Below are positions 1 through 12,386 of a stretch of 64,000 nt of DNA, in pieces. The position numbers were made by a program, and so were the translations under genes. This DNA is from Eledone cirrhosa (taxonomy: Eukaryota): positions 315,084,001-315,148,000 of the forward strand of contig OZ024741.1 of NCBI GenBank assembly GCA_964016885.1. Reading direction: 5' to 3'. Each line of letters starts with the position of its first letter. Position 1 is the stretch's first letter. The notes under the pieces were generated by a model that was not told the origin of the DNA, ran no database searches, and saw only the letters and a program-made list of their open reading frames with translations.

Positions 1-1924
1 TAATATGAAACGGCTCCGAGAGGTAGCCGTTCACCTTGACCCTTGAGCAGATGTTGCTGTTGTGCATTGCAGCGATCCAGCCCCTGAACATGGGTCCGAA
101 GCCTGCCGCCTCGAGCACCGCATCCAGGTAACGATGGTCAACCCTATCGAAAGCCTTAGACTGATCCAAGTTGATCATGGCCCCACCGAAGCCGGGTTTA
201 CACCCTAACCTCTCTATGATGTATCGCATGAGGTGGAGGTTGTCGTGTATGGACCTGGTCGGGATTGCGCATGTCTGCGCTTCTCCCACCAGGTTCTCGA
301 CGACACGCGCCAGCCTCTTTGCCAACACCTTGGCCAAAATCTGTAACTCTGTGTTTAGCAGAGTTATGGGCCGGAAGTTGCCTATGTCATCCCCCTTATT
401 CTCGTCCTTCCTGATTAGTGTGACCACGCCCCCGGCTACAGAACTGGCAATTCTCCCGTTCTGTTGCCAGTTGCAGTAGACCGCTTCCAGGAGACCGGAG
501 AATAAGTCCGGCATTGCTACGTAAAATTCGTAGGGTAGACCGTCGAGACCTGGAGATTTGCGTTTGCCGCATTGGCTCAGCGCGTCCCCTATCTCAATGG
601 CTGAAATCGGCTTTTCGCAGAACTTCGCCTCGCTGTCCGAGAGTCGCGGTAGGCCGTCGAGGTATGGACCGAAATCCATAGCACCTCCCGACGCGCCGCT
701 CCGCCCGAACAGCCGAGCAAAGTGCCGCTGAAAAGCCGCACACATCTGCTTCGGCTCACGTATCACGCGTCCGTTTTGGTCCCTCAAAGACCGAATCGTG
801 GACTTGTTGCCACTTTTTGCCTCCGTCACTCGGGCCCAGCTAACAGCTTTGGCTCCCTCGTTTCCCAGAGCACGTATTTTGCTTCTGACAACGCAGCCCT
901 CGTGCTTTGCGTCGAAGAACTGGTCCAAGGCCGTTCTCGTTGCTAGCACGCTGGCTACGTTGCCACTTCTAATTGCCTCTTCTACTTTATCTACCAGTTC
1001 CTTCTCGGTTCTATTTCTATCTAACGCTAATTCTTTACTAAAAACTATCGAGTCTAATCTAACTGCCCTTTTGAGAGAGTACCACCATCTGTTGTTGACA
1101 ATGGTCCCTGTCAAGTGCTGTTTAACTAAAGTGCTAATCCGTCTACTGTAGGCTTTGCTTGTCGGTAACGACAAGTTCAACTTCCAGTAGCCGGGTCCTT
1201 GTCTATGGGTTCTATCAAGGTTGGCCATGCAGGTCACTAGTTTGTGATCTGAATAGGCAACCATGAACATTTGTGGACAGCTTAACATGTCCCTATCCTT
1301 ATTTCTAACTAGAACCCTATCTAGGTACGATCTAGATGTTCCGCTACGATTACTCCACGTCCACAGTGGCGCAGTCGGAAAATCTAGTCGATATCTATCG
1401 GCCAGGTCAAATCGGTCGATTAACTGTTTGGGGCTGTTACATCCCCCTTTATCGGGACATGCTCCCACATAGTCCCAACGTGCATCTAGGATTCCATTCC
1501 AGTCCCCCACTAAAAGCAAGGAGCGGGAGGTTCCCAGAAAAGTTTCTAGACGTTTGAAGAAGTCTGGCCGCGGTGTCCCGGATGGGGCATATGCGGCCAC
1601 CAGCCTGAAGGCTCCACCTTCACTACCGTCAACATCTAGGACCACCAGTCGACCCTCCGGGTCCAGATGTACCGTCTGTGTTACGAGGCCCAGGTGTTTC
1701 CGCAGCAAAACGGCAACTCCGCCCCCACCCCCCTGTTGACAGAGAGATGCGTAGATCTCAAAGTCATCGAAGATGGGGGCCAGCTGTCGCTCGCCGTGGA
1801 TCCTGGACTCGCAAATGGCTACCACATCCATACTGTGCGACCTGAGCTCGTTTAAGAGTTTGCCCTGTTTCCAGGGCATCCCCAGGCCGCGTACGTTCAC
1901 ACATCCAACTCTTATATTGGCCAT
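1..1924 (-). CDS. Tx1/L1-clade non-LTR retrotransposon ORF2 (APE endonuclease + N-terminal RT), runs off window start
   Basis: Manual translation from ATG 1924 gives MANIRVGCVNVRGL...VVAICESR, AYSDHK and GPGYWKLN (APE), then KSPGLDGLPYEFY and MINLDQSKAFDRVDH (RT). The codons at 1924, 1858 and 178 share one frame. The ORF track shows no stop-terminated ORF here, consistent with a frame open to the edge. Confidence 0.92.
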   Translation of the reverse strand, partial: MANIRVGCVNVRGLGMPWKQGKLLNELRSHSMDVVAICESRIHGERQLAPIFDDFEIYASLCQQGGGGGVAVLLRKHLGLVTQTVHLDPEGRLVVLDVDGSEGGAFRLVAAYAPSGTPRPDFFKRLETFLGTSRSLLLVGDWNGILDARWDYVGACPDKGGCNSPKQLIDRFDLADRYRLDFPTAPLWTWSNRSGTSRSYLDRVLVRNKDRDMLSCPQMFMVAYSDHKLVTCMANLDRTHRQGPGYWKLNLSLPTSKAYSRRISTLVKQHLTGTIVNNRWWYSLKRAVRLDSIVFSKELALDRNRTEKELVDKVEEAIRSGNVASVLATRTALDQFFDAKHEGCVVRSKIRALGNEGAKAVSWARVTEAKSGNKSTIRSLRDQNGRVIREPKQMCAAFQRHFARLFGRSGASGGAMDFGPYLDGLPRLSDSEAKFCEKPISAIEIGDALSQCGKRKSPGLDGLPYEFYVAMPDLFSGLLEAVYCNWQQNGRIASSVAGGVVTLIRKDENKGDDIGNFRPITLLNTELQILAKVLAKRLARVVENLVGEAQTCAIPTRSIHDNLHLMRYIIERLGCKPGFGGAMINLDQSKAFDRVDHRYLDAVLEAAGFGPMFRGWIAAMHNSNICSRVKVNGYLSEPFHI

Positions 1925-1957
1925 GTTGGTGCTGAAAAGTTAAAAGAGGAAAAGAGA

Positions 1958-3869
1958 TCACTCACCCTTCGCCTCCTGGGGACCAGGCCGCACGATTTCC
2001 ATGGGGGTGTTGGAGGGGTTGTCTGGATGGGTGGTGGTTTCTGGCGGGGTGGGGACGCAGATGTTTGGTGGGGTGGGGTCTGGTGGGATGGGGGTGTCTG
2101 GGGTGAGGAGGCATTTGAGAAGGACGCGGTTGAGTGGTTTCACGCGGGAATTCCCCACATCCTTCTCAAATGTTTCTTTTAGGGACCTATAAGTTTGTAT
2201 AGGGACCCTAATCAGTTTTAGGTTCAGTTTTTTGCTATTTTTTATAGAGTGGGCGAAAGTTTTCCCTTCGGTGAAAACCGAAGGGTCGTTCGTGATGGTC
2301 TCCATTAGTGTTTTGTTTTCAGTGTTTATGTAAGTGTAAGTGTAATTTTCTTGTGTTGTGTTTGTTTTTGTCTGTAGTTCTTGTGTGTGCTTTCGTTTTG
2401 TTGTAGGTATTTTGTTTTCAGGAGGTGGGGGTTTTGTTTGTGATATTTTTGTTGTGTTGGTGGTTGTATGTTTGTGGTAGTGTTTGCTGGTTTTTTGCTT
2501 TTGTGATGTCTTTTCTTTCTTTTCGAGCGATGGGGTTCTCCCTCGTCTTCACTGGGTGATGGCGAGATAGCCTCATCTGTTGTATCGTCTGTGTGATTGG
2601 GGAGGGGTATGTCTTGGGGAGCTGTTGTGTCTGTATGTGATTTTGCAGTGGTTTTAGGTGGAGTGGGGTTGGGTGGGACTGTGTTTGTTGTGGTTATTTT
2701 TGTGTGTTGGTGTTGTTGTTGTGGTGGTGTTGGTGCTTGTGTTGTTTTGATGGGTGTCGGCAGAAGAGCCTTTTTTTTTTGTTCATTAGTTTAGGACAAG
2801 AAGCCCTCAGGTGACCCCTGCTAAAGCAATGGTAACATGAAGGCCGCCTACCCTCAACCGAAAGGTTTATGTAGGTGAGTCCGTCCAGGAGTACACGCTG
2901 TGGGATCATAGCTATTCGCTCTGGGCTCATTTGCACCAGAACGTCAATGCTAGTCCCATTGAATACATCTCTGGGGGACTTTCCTACTGACAGTATTCTG
3001 TCTTCATCAAAATTGATGAAGCCGCACAGTATCCACCATATGTTCACCTTTGGTGTGACACTTGTGATTCTGATCTTTTGTGTCCTTTTTCCCATGTATG
3101 TAGGGAAAAAGGTGTACAGGTTGGATACAATTGGCGACACAGAGTAATTTTGGGCCGTCAATTGATCCTTCATGAGTACCGAAATACTCCCAAAAAGTTT
3201 GCTTCTTTGAATGAATGCAATATCATTCATTGAATTTTTGAAGACCAATTCAATTTCTTTCTGCGACAATTGGACTGGTTTTCGGGTAGAATTGGAAACT
3301 GTCCTAAAAACTATCGTTTTGAGAGCAGTTTCCTTGCGAATTTCTACCGGAGAATTGATGCTGAAAGCACCATTTTTATCGAAAGTGACATATCTCTTAG
3401 CGTCCTTTAAAAGTTGTTCAGCATTTGTTATGTCGAGATATATCAATTGTTCTTTCTTTTGAACTTTCTCTGCAAAGGAGATTTTTGGTTTCTTTGTGGA
3501 ATCCGTATTGGTGGTGTTGTCATTATTGTTGTTATTCTTGTTGTTATTCTTGTTGTCACCGATGTTGGTATCATCCGTATTTTCCTTGGTGTTGTTGTTG
3601 TCTTTGATGCTGGTGTTATTGGCGTTGTCTTTATTTTTTTCTTTGTTGTTGTTATCATTGTTGCTTTTATCATCATTATTGGTTTTGCTGTTATTTGTGT
3701 TGTCATTGAACTGTTTGGTGTCATTTGTGTTGTTTGGATATGAATTCGTTTTTTTATTTTCATTTTGTCTTTCCATCTCTATAGTATCTAGTGAAGAAGA
3801 CGTTGTTGACTGCGAGCTTTGTAGTCTTACCGCCTCTCCACCACCATTATCGTTGGACGCAGCGTTCAT
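1958..3869 (-). CDS. Tx1-type ORF1 (gag-like, CCHC zinc knuckle), broken by two single-base frameshifts
   Basis: ORF 2694-3869 has an Asn-rich N-terminus and CYHCFSRGHLRASC. Reading continues in a second frame past the A10 run at 2771-2780 and in a third frame into ORF 1958-2305, ending 33 bp before the ORF2 ATG. Confidence 0.8.
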
Positions 3870-4086
3870 AACGTAATCAAAATTTTACAATATTTTTTCC
3901 AAGATTCGATGGAGAAAATTTGTTTAAATGGATATACCGCCCCTGTAGGGGGCGAAAATGAGTTGACCCACCACCTGATGGTCCAGACGGGTGGTCAAGT
4001 TACACAATGATATAAAATTTAACTAAAAACTCACGTTTTTTTCTTACATAAATTAACGGAAACTTCTCCGCGAAGTGACACGCGTC

Positions 4087-4098
4087 TGATAGAGAGAG

Positions 4099-4167
<69 letters not shown>

Positions 4168-4168
4168 T
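4087..4168. repeat. (GA)/(GATA)n microsatellite
   Basis: Directly visible. Confidence 0.95.
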
Positions 4169-4668
4169 ATTTCTTTATTAGCCACAGGGGCACAAAAGAA
4201 GGGGACAAATACAAAGGGGGAAGTTTACATACAATAAAAACGTGTAAAATGTTATCACAGATGGAATTTAAAAGTTAGTCGATTTTCCCCAATAGAGGGA
4301 GACAGTTTATATGGGTAACACAGACCCCCGAAAAAAATGTGCAACCCTCATCTCCAGGAGTACGAAGAGCTTGTACTCCTTTCCTCTCCTCCTCCTTTTC
4401 CTCAACCTACAGGCTGATATAGAGAGAAGGCCCATTCACTCGGGCCATTCTCGCCACTTTCACCCACCTTTCATAAAACTTGCTGGGGTACAGCACCTCT
4501 CTCTCCATCCTGATTCTTCTTCCAAAGTGGTATTTGAAAAAAAGAATCAGTTGTTGGCCGGAGAGAAAGGTGTCTGACCTCAGCCCTTTCAACCTTGTCC
4601 ACCATACAACCTCTTTCGCCATAGCTATCACACAAAGGAAAACCGCCTCTCCTTCGTTTTTGAAGGAG
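4169..4668 (-). mobile_element. 5'-truncated Tx1-type LINE 3' end
   Basis: Encodes MAKEVVWWTRLKGL...ERWVKVARMARVNG, homologous to the ORF2 C-terminus at 62055-62402. On the minus strand AATAAA is followed by (TATC)n. Confidence 0.85.
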
Positions 4669-4843
4669 GAGATAGATAGATAGATAGATATGATTCTTTA
4701 TTAGCCACAGGGGCACAAAAGAAGGGGACAAATACAAAGGGGGAAGTTTACATACAATAAAAACGTGTAAAATGTTATCACAGATGGAATTTAAAAGTTA
4801 GTCGATTTTCCCCAATAGAGGGAGACAGTTTATATGGGTAACA
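4669..4843 (-). mobile_element. Second, shorter Tx1 3' UTR copy with (TATC)n tail
   Basis: 4694-4843 is near-identical to 4171-4320 and is preceded by (GATA)n. Confidence 0.85.
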
Positions 4844-4845
4844 CA

Positions 4846-5973
4846 TACGCTTATGTTTTTCTCTGAGACAAGTGTTGCAGTGTTTACATTTTCGATTTTT
4901 GTTAATAGATTACCAGTGCAGTTTTTATCCCCAGAATCCTCATTTGTTTTAACATTCGGGTTATGGTTATGTTTTCTAAACTTCATAAGGCATACTGTTG
5001 GTCGAGGGAATATTAATCAAAAGTACCACATGAAAGTCTACACTGTAGACTCTAGAGTTTTTAAGCCAAGAAAAGAACTTAACATTGTAACTTTAAAACA
5101 GCTACTGAGCAGCCACGAGCAACGCCGAGCTTTACTGTTAATCTATAAATATAAAACTGAGGTTGTCTGTATGTCTGTCTGTCTTTCTGTCTGTCTGTCC
5201 ACTAAAACGGTCGGCACACATCTCCTCCTAAACCGTACGTTAAAAATTCGGTGAAATTGCTACACTTATAGATGAAGGTCCGGCGGAGACATCGTTAAAA
5301 AAAATGTTCAAATCAACCCACGCCAAGTACAAAAATCGAATTTGTAATATATTGATTTTTCTCTTCAAATATATAAATAGAGACGAGGGACGAGTTATTT
5401 GCCTTTTATCGCGTCATTTGTTTATCTATTTACGTTACGAACAAACTATGCGTGCAAAAGTACAAACATACGCGAACTGTTTTCGGGCCAGCAAAATTTT
5501 AACCTGCAAAATTCATGAGTTCGAAGTTTCCACATTAAGCTTCCATTTTGCTTCATTTCCATTAAAAAGTTTTAAAACAATATTTCAGCGCATCAGCCTC
5601 GCCATCACCCGACGCAACGCCGCGAGTGTACTGCTTGCCTCAAAAATCATTAGAGAGGTTGCCCAGTACTCGCGACGTTGCTGTCTTTTGCTCTGGTGTT
5701 GGCTCCGTTGTTCACCCCTTCCTTTACATTTTCTTTAATATTGTAGCATTCAAGGAATATATCTTTCATTGTATCATCCTTTGTAGTGTTACCGAGGTAT
5801 TTGTAATGTTATTTATGTATATATTTAAAACATCTTTGTTATGTTATTCTACTGTAAATTTATTTATATGCTCTGTTTATATTTTCAATTTGAAGGAATT
5901 GCAAACGATTCGTAATGTTGTTTGTGCAACTATGAATACAATATTCTTATTTGAAAACAAGCCTATTTGAATA
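4846..5973 (+). mobile_element. Non-autonomous Helitron-like element: 3' part (4846-5141) joined head-to-tail to a 5' part (5142-5973)
   Basis: Both parts align to the copy at 7421-8306. Junction GAGCAACGCCGAGCTTTACTGTTAA|TCTATAAATATAAAA (degenerate CTAG, then TC). Confidence 0.7.
5585..5937 (+). mobile_element. 3' end of CRE-like (RLE) non-LTR element inserted in the Helitron, 8 bp TSD
   Basis: Encodes (F)QRISLAITRRNAASVL, compare LFQRVSLAVSRGNAFSIL at 15966. Flanked by ACAATATT at 5577-5584 and 5938-5945. Absent from the paralogous Helitron near 7800. Confidence 0.75.
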
Positions 5974-6233
5974 CAATACTAGCCTCAAAAATCTATGAAA
6001 CTACATACATGTTGCAACTCTCCCTCTATATATATATATATCACACACACACATATACATATACATCTAAAGAGAGAAAGGGAGATGTAGAGAGAGAGAG
6101 AGTGAGTTAGGTCGTTATACAGAGAGAGGTAAAAGATAATCAGATAGAGAGAAAAAGAGAGAGAGAGAATGGCGACGAACGCTGGTTCACACACACAAAC
6201 ACATATATATATAAAGACAGAGAGAGAGAGAGA

Positions 6234-6280
<47 letters not shown>

Positions 6281-6783
6281 TGAGAGAGGGAGAGAGAGAG
6301 AGAGAGAGAGAGAATGATATGCGCGTTCTTTATTGTTCTCCATTCTGTAGAGGAAGAGAGAGCGAGGGGGTATGAGTGAGAGAGAGAGAGAGGGTATGAG
6401 AAAAAAGGGAGAGGGGTTGAGAAAGAAAGAAAGTTTAAGCAAAGAATCGCTGCATTCAACATTAACGGGATCTTCTGAAACTAAAAAATTCAATCTGTGA
6501 ACGCAGAATTAAATATTTCGAGAAATGTTGCAACCGAAGGAAAACAGGAACACGATATTTTAGTTAGTGAAGACGTTCCCTGGTAATGAACGGAAAAAAA
6601 GCGAGGATAATACGTCGTTATGTGGACCGCGAAGAATAATTTCATGCAAAGACAAGCCCAAGTGTATGGTGTAAATGGAGTCGTTAGACTAATATTCTAT
6701 TTAAAATAACCGAATGATTTCCAGCTCCGGAGTTTAAGAATGATGTAAATAAAATTGTAAACGAAAATGACAGAGGTTATTAA

Positions 6784-6894
6784 AATAGTTGTTTCTACTT
6801 TTGGCATAAGGCCAGCAATTATCCAGTACATTACTGGTACTTTATATTATCGACCCCGTAAGGATGAAAGGTAAAGTTAATCTCGACGGGATTT
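6784..6894 (-). mobile_element. tRNA-derived SINE, 3' fragment
   Basis: Reverse complement of the 3' half of the SINE at 9373-9562. Confidence 0.75.
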
Positions 6895-6989
6895 AGTGAA
6901 GATTTAGGCCAGTGCATACGTATGCGCCGATGGATATACACATACATATACATACGCACTCACACACACACACACGCGCGCGCGCGTGT

Positions 6990-7420
6990 GTGTGTAAGCC
7001 TTATGCATTTCTACAGTATTTTCACCAAACTTAAGACAAAGGTTACTTATGGACTCCGGATGGTTAGGGGCACCTTCATGTTTCCAGATATTGATTATCA
7101 CCCGGCAGATAACCCCCTTTAACCACTTCCTTGGAGTCGACTGAAGCACTGCAGTGCAATGCAACAAAACGTCATAATTTCTGTAATCCGCAACCGATTT
7201 TCACAAAACTTGACACATGGGCTACATTTGTTCTACAGATGAATGTGAACTTTTGGAATTGGCATATATTGAGTAGGGGATCCCTGGAGACAGGAACCCC
7301 TTTTGGAAAAAGCCGATGATTTTGTAAAAGTATAATTTTCGAAGCAGGACTGAAGTATTTACATAAATGGTATACATAAATGCTATTTAATACCCGAGCA
7401 ACCCCGGGTACCTCTGCTAG
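6990..7420 (+). mobile_element. 3' portion of a second Helitron-like family
   Basis: Ends in the hairpin ACCCGAGCAACCCCGGGT followed by ACCTCTGCTAG (CTAG 7417-7420). The left boundary is uncertain. Confidence 0.6.
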
Positions 7421-7938
7421 TCTATATATACAACTTAGGTTGTCTTTCTGTCTGTCTGTCTGTCTACTAAAACGGCCGGCACACATCTCCTCCTAAACCG
7501 TACGTTCAAATTACGGTGAAATTGCTACTCTTATAGATGAAGGTCCGGCAGAGACATCGGTCAAAAAACTGTTCAAATTGACCCACGATTTTTCTGTTCA
7601 AATGTATAAATAGAGATGAGAGACGAGTTATTTACCTTTTATGGTGTCATTCTGCTTATCTATTTACGTTACGAATAAACGACGCGTGAAAGGTACAAAA
7701 ATACACGAACAACTTTCGGACCAGCAAAATTTATGAGTTCGAAATTCCAACATTAAGCTTCCATTTGCTTCATTTCCATTAAAAAGTCTTTTAAAACAAT
7801 ATTTTTATTTGAAAACAAGCCTATTTGAATACACCGTGAAACAATCAAATATTTTGTAAAAAAAGAATTGATCTCGAATAAAGCCTTATGTAATTTTCAT
7901 TTAGAAACAATGATTTTAAACGACAGACAGATAACGCA

Positions 7939-7971
<33 letters not shown>

Positions 7972-8306
7972 ATGTCCATCCAATTTCTTTGTTTCAAAAT
8001 AACTGATTGTTTAGTTACGCTTATGATTTTCTCTGAGACATGTTGCAGTGTTTACATTTTCGATTTTTGTTAATAGATTACCAGTGCAGTTTTTATCCCC
8101 AGCATCCTCATTTGTTTTAACATTCGGTTTATGGTTATGTTTTCTAAACTTCATAAGGCATACTGTTGGTCGAGGGACTATTAATCAAAAGTACCACAAG
8201 AAAGTCTACACTGTAGACTCTAGAGTTTTTAAGCCAAGAAAAGAACTTAACATTGTAACTTTAAAACAGCTACTGAGCACGCGAGCAACGCCGGCTTTAC
8301 TGCTAG
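7421..8306 (+). mobile_element. Complete non-autonomous Helitron-like element (886 bp)
   Basis: 5' TC (TCTATATATACAA...GTCTGTCTG), subterminal GC-rich motif GCGAGCAACGCCGGC, 3' CTAG followed by T, no TSD. Confidence 0.75.
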
Positions 8307-9372
8307 TATTTATTAAAATAACAGATTAAAATTTAAGCAAAGAAGGAAGACAGGAAGACGATACTTTGGTTCCTGGTGACGTTCCCTGTCAATGAACGGA
8401 AAAAAACGAAGATAATATGTCATTATTTGGAGCAGTGAGAACAATTACACGCAAAGACAAAACCACGTTTATGGTATAAATGAAGTCGTAGACTAATAAT
8501 CTATTTAGGTGGTTCGTGGAGACGTTCCCCTGAAATGAACGGGAAAAAAGCGAAGATAATACGTCATTATATGTAACGTGAGAACAATTACACGCAAAGA
8601 AAAACCACGTTTATGGTATAAATGAAGTCGTAGACTATAACTCTATTTGGGAAACCGAACGATTTTCGGCTTCAGAGTTAAGAATAATGTAAATAAATTA
8701 CAGAGGGTATTGAAATCAAAAATAATTAAATATATACATGCACGCATCCATATATGTACATACACATGCATACGCGAAAATACCCGCCATAGGAATGCAT
8801 AAAAAATCACGTACACAAAAACATACGCACACATACAAAAACCCACGCAACACCTGTACCCGCACACAATCGAACATATACACCAAACACACATAAATAT
8901 ATATAAATATATATATATATATGTGTGTGTGTGTGCGTGTATACATATAATTATATAGACGTATATAAATATACACACATAAATACGTATATAACGCGCG
9001 CCCACGTATACCTACAGGTTAATACACATATGTTCGCTAAACGTACGTCAACCAAACACAAAGTACACATAAACACACACCCTACATACGTGCAAACCAG
9101 CATACACACACGAACGCAAAATACACGTATACACATAACCATATACACATGTACCAGTATATATAATATAATATATACACCTATACCAAATACAAGCATA
9201 TATACGTACGAGAAAGTATACGTTCCTTCACAAAACATACAGGTAATATATACTTACCTATACAAATAAGTAATGGTATAAACCTAAAATATACTTAGCT
9301 ACCACATCAAGACCTAAATGATCCGCATATTGTTCGTACGCGTAATGTTCTGTTATTATTTCTGGCAATATT

Positions 9373-9562
9373 GGTGGATTGGCAGTATCGGTAGAGGGTC
9401 GGATGCAATGCTTTGACGCATAGAGTTACGGCCCTTGCCATTCTGATTTCAAATCCCGCCGAGGTTAACTTTGTCTTTCATCCTTATGGGGTTGATAAAA
9501 TAAAGTACCAGTAATACACTGGATAATTGGTGGCCTTGTGCCTAACGTAGAAACAATTATTA
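9373..9562 (+). mobile_element. tRNA-derived SINE (central domain resembling the Meta-type core)
   Basis: A-box-like TGGCAGTATCGG and B-box-like ATTTCAAATCC, core CTTTCATCCTTATGGGGTTGATAAAATAAAGTACCAG, ATT tail. Four copies in the window. Confidence 0.8.
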
Positions 9563-10167
9563 CAATAATATGACCTTCCCCAAGTATAACAATATATACG
9601 GAGGAGACAAATGTGATTAGTTATGCAGATTACTAGCCAGTATAGAGATGGTTAATGTTCTCAATGCATATAGGTTGTTAGACTAGCGATCAATGCGATT
9701 AGATGGAAAGAGATATAGCTTAATCGTATAATGAACGGAGAAAAAAATCCTTTTAAAATGCTGGAGAGAATAACAAAAATGTATGAATACATGTATATAT
9801 TTAATGGCTGACAAGTATGGAAGTGAAAAAACTTTATAACAGCCATTTTGTGTGGCTGATATAACTTTCCTTTCACTACCAACCATATAATATCAATATT
9901 CCACATTTAAAGTAGGTTTTTCACTTTAGTGATATGATTTAAATCATGAATGAATATGCTATAAAGATTGTTTTTAGGCTCTGATGACAATATTGACACA
10001 TTTATTTATTTTGAATGGACTAATATCGATTTATATTCGATATCCCAACATGTACGTCCATCCATACTGTGCAATATTTGAAAACAATTATCATCCATGA
10101 AGTATATACATGTATTCATAAATCTTTGTTATACTCTCCAGCTGTAGAGAATAACAAAGATTTATGA

Positions 10168-10480
<313 letters not shown>

Positions 10481-10555
10481 TTATTTATACTATTATGTAT
10501 ATTATTATTGGATATTTTTAAATGAGAGTAGATTTAAATAAGCCGTTGAGTTACG

Positions 10556-10593
<38 letters not shown>

Positions 10594-10761
10594 CAAGAGA
10601 GAAAAAAAGAGAAGAAAGAGCAAACCTTTAAGAAAATAAGAAAATGTATGTGGGCTATCATATACATGCATAATGTAGTAACGCGCTGGAGTCGATTTGC
10701 TCGCCTTGCTCCTCTCCATTAATGATATCTTCAACATTATCATATATATTTATAATTTCGG

Positions 10762-10896
10762 AATACCCAGTAGGAAGGTTTGGTGTTGCTTGTAATGGGA
10801 CATGCCATTGTATCAACGACATTAACTGTGACATGCGAAATGGAAAATGTTCTGATGGATGTTCTGCAGGTTATATTGGTGACAATTGCCAACAAG
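10762..10896 (+). pseudogene. EGF-like exon copy E1, probably non-functional
   Basis: Same exon as E2, but the acceptor reads TTTCGG instead of TTTCAG and the first Cys codon is TAC instead of TGC. The GT donor is intact. Confidence 0.75.
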
Positions 10897-11089
10897 GTAT
10901 ATCATAAACTTAAGTATTTACTATACACATACACACACACAGACACGTTTATATATATATATATATATGTGTGTGTGTTCGTGGTGTGTGTGTATGTGTG
11001 TTTATATTTGTGCGTGCGTCTGTGTATGTGTTTGTGAGCGTGTGTGTGTGTAAGTAAATATGATGTTTAGAAATCGTTTCTACAGGGCT

Positions 11090-11280
11090 GCAACTGGAGT
11101 CTTTTTAAGAATATTTATTTGTTTACCAGTTTCACAGTTCTTATGCTTTTCAAAAGTAAAATTGAGATGGACGTTTTGTGGTGTTTTAAACCTTCCATCT
11201 TAATTCTAATTTTGAAAAGCATAAGAACTGTGAAACCGGTAAAGGAAACAAATAAATATTCTTAAAAAGATCCAGCTGTA
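11090..11280. repeat. ~190 bp imperfect inverted repeat (fold-back), also at ~16900-17095, ~19447-19620 and ~25180-25335
   Basis: TTTTTAAGAATATTTATTTGTTT...CAGTTCTTATGCTTTTCAAAA is mirrored by TTTTGAAAAGCATAAGAACTG...AAACAAATAAATATTCTTAAAAA. Confidence 0.85.
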
Positions 11281-11351
11281 TTTTCGATTTCAACTTTTTT
11301 CCATATATATATATATACATATATGTGTGTGTGTGTGCGCTCGCGCGCGCG

Positions 11352-11382
<31 letters not shown>

Positions 11383-11722
11383 CTGTGCCTGTGCCTGTGT
11401 CTGTGTCCGTGTGTGTGTGCATGTGTGTCTATGTGTATCTATGTGCGTGTGTGTTTATTTAAATGTAAGTATGTCGCAAATACATGTAATAACTGATAGA
11501 ATATGGTAAGATTTTGAAGGATTATATATGTTATTTTTCTTATAATATTGTTTGTTTATTTCATGATGTTTTTCAAATTATATTTAAATGAACTAAAGAT
11601 CCATGTATATACTATACACACACACGCGCGCGGAAATACATATATATAAATATATATACGTGTGTGAGAATGTGTGTGTGTGTGTGTGTGTGGGTGTGGG
11701 TGTGTGTGTGTGTATGTGTGTG

Positions 11723-11817
<95 letters not shown>

Positions 11818-12056
11818 ATGATGTTTAATATAGAAATCGCTTCTATAGGACTAGAATAGTTGTCATCCAAAGAAATCATCAGGAAACGGCTTTCCTCATG
11901 ATTATTTTTGAATGAAATAGTTCTAGTACTGTAGAAGTCATGTCTATATTAAACGTGATATTTACAGCCTACATTTGTATTTTCTTCCATACTTTCACCG
12001 GATACCTTCGATTGAATATAAATATAAATAAATGTATCTACACACACACACACACA

Positions 12057-12152
<96 letters not shown>

Positions 12153-12386
12153 AGGATATATTGTATATACTACTCCTTTTTATAATATTTTACATAACTC
12201 TGATATTGTGTCAATTTAATTATTTCGATTATTTTGTCTCTCATAATCATAGAGTAACACTGGTTAGGGTCGACAACATACAATCTCACATACTTGTGAA
12301 AAATATATGTTTATATATACATGTATATGTATGTATACACATATATTTGTATACCTCTCATTATTGTGTATATATATATATACGTG

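Larger units (their letters stand above)
1..4086 (-). mobile_element. Near full-length Tx1-clade LINE (5' UTR, ORF1, ORF2 5' half)
   Basis: ORF1/ORF2 arrangement. The 5' boundary is placed tentatively at the (GATA)n tract starting near 4087. Confidence 0.85.

Noticed and set aside
171-3876. Plus-strand ORFs over the Tx1 element, such as the Leu-rich 3496-3876
   Set aside because: Antisense shadows of ORF1 and ORF2
3937-3999. Two hairpins in the LINE 5' UTR as a possible HDV-like ribozyme
   Set aside because: The nested double pseudoknot could not be built
10722-10907. 61 aa ORF read as a small secreted protein (also 16187 and 24598)
   Set aside because: The hydrophobic start is intronic sequence upstream of the acceptor; the real unit is the internal exon
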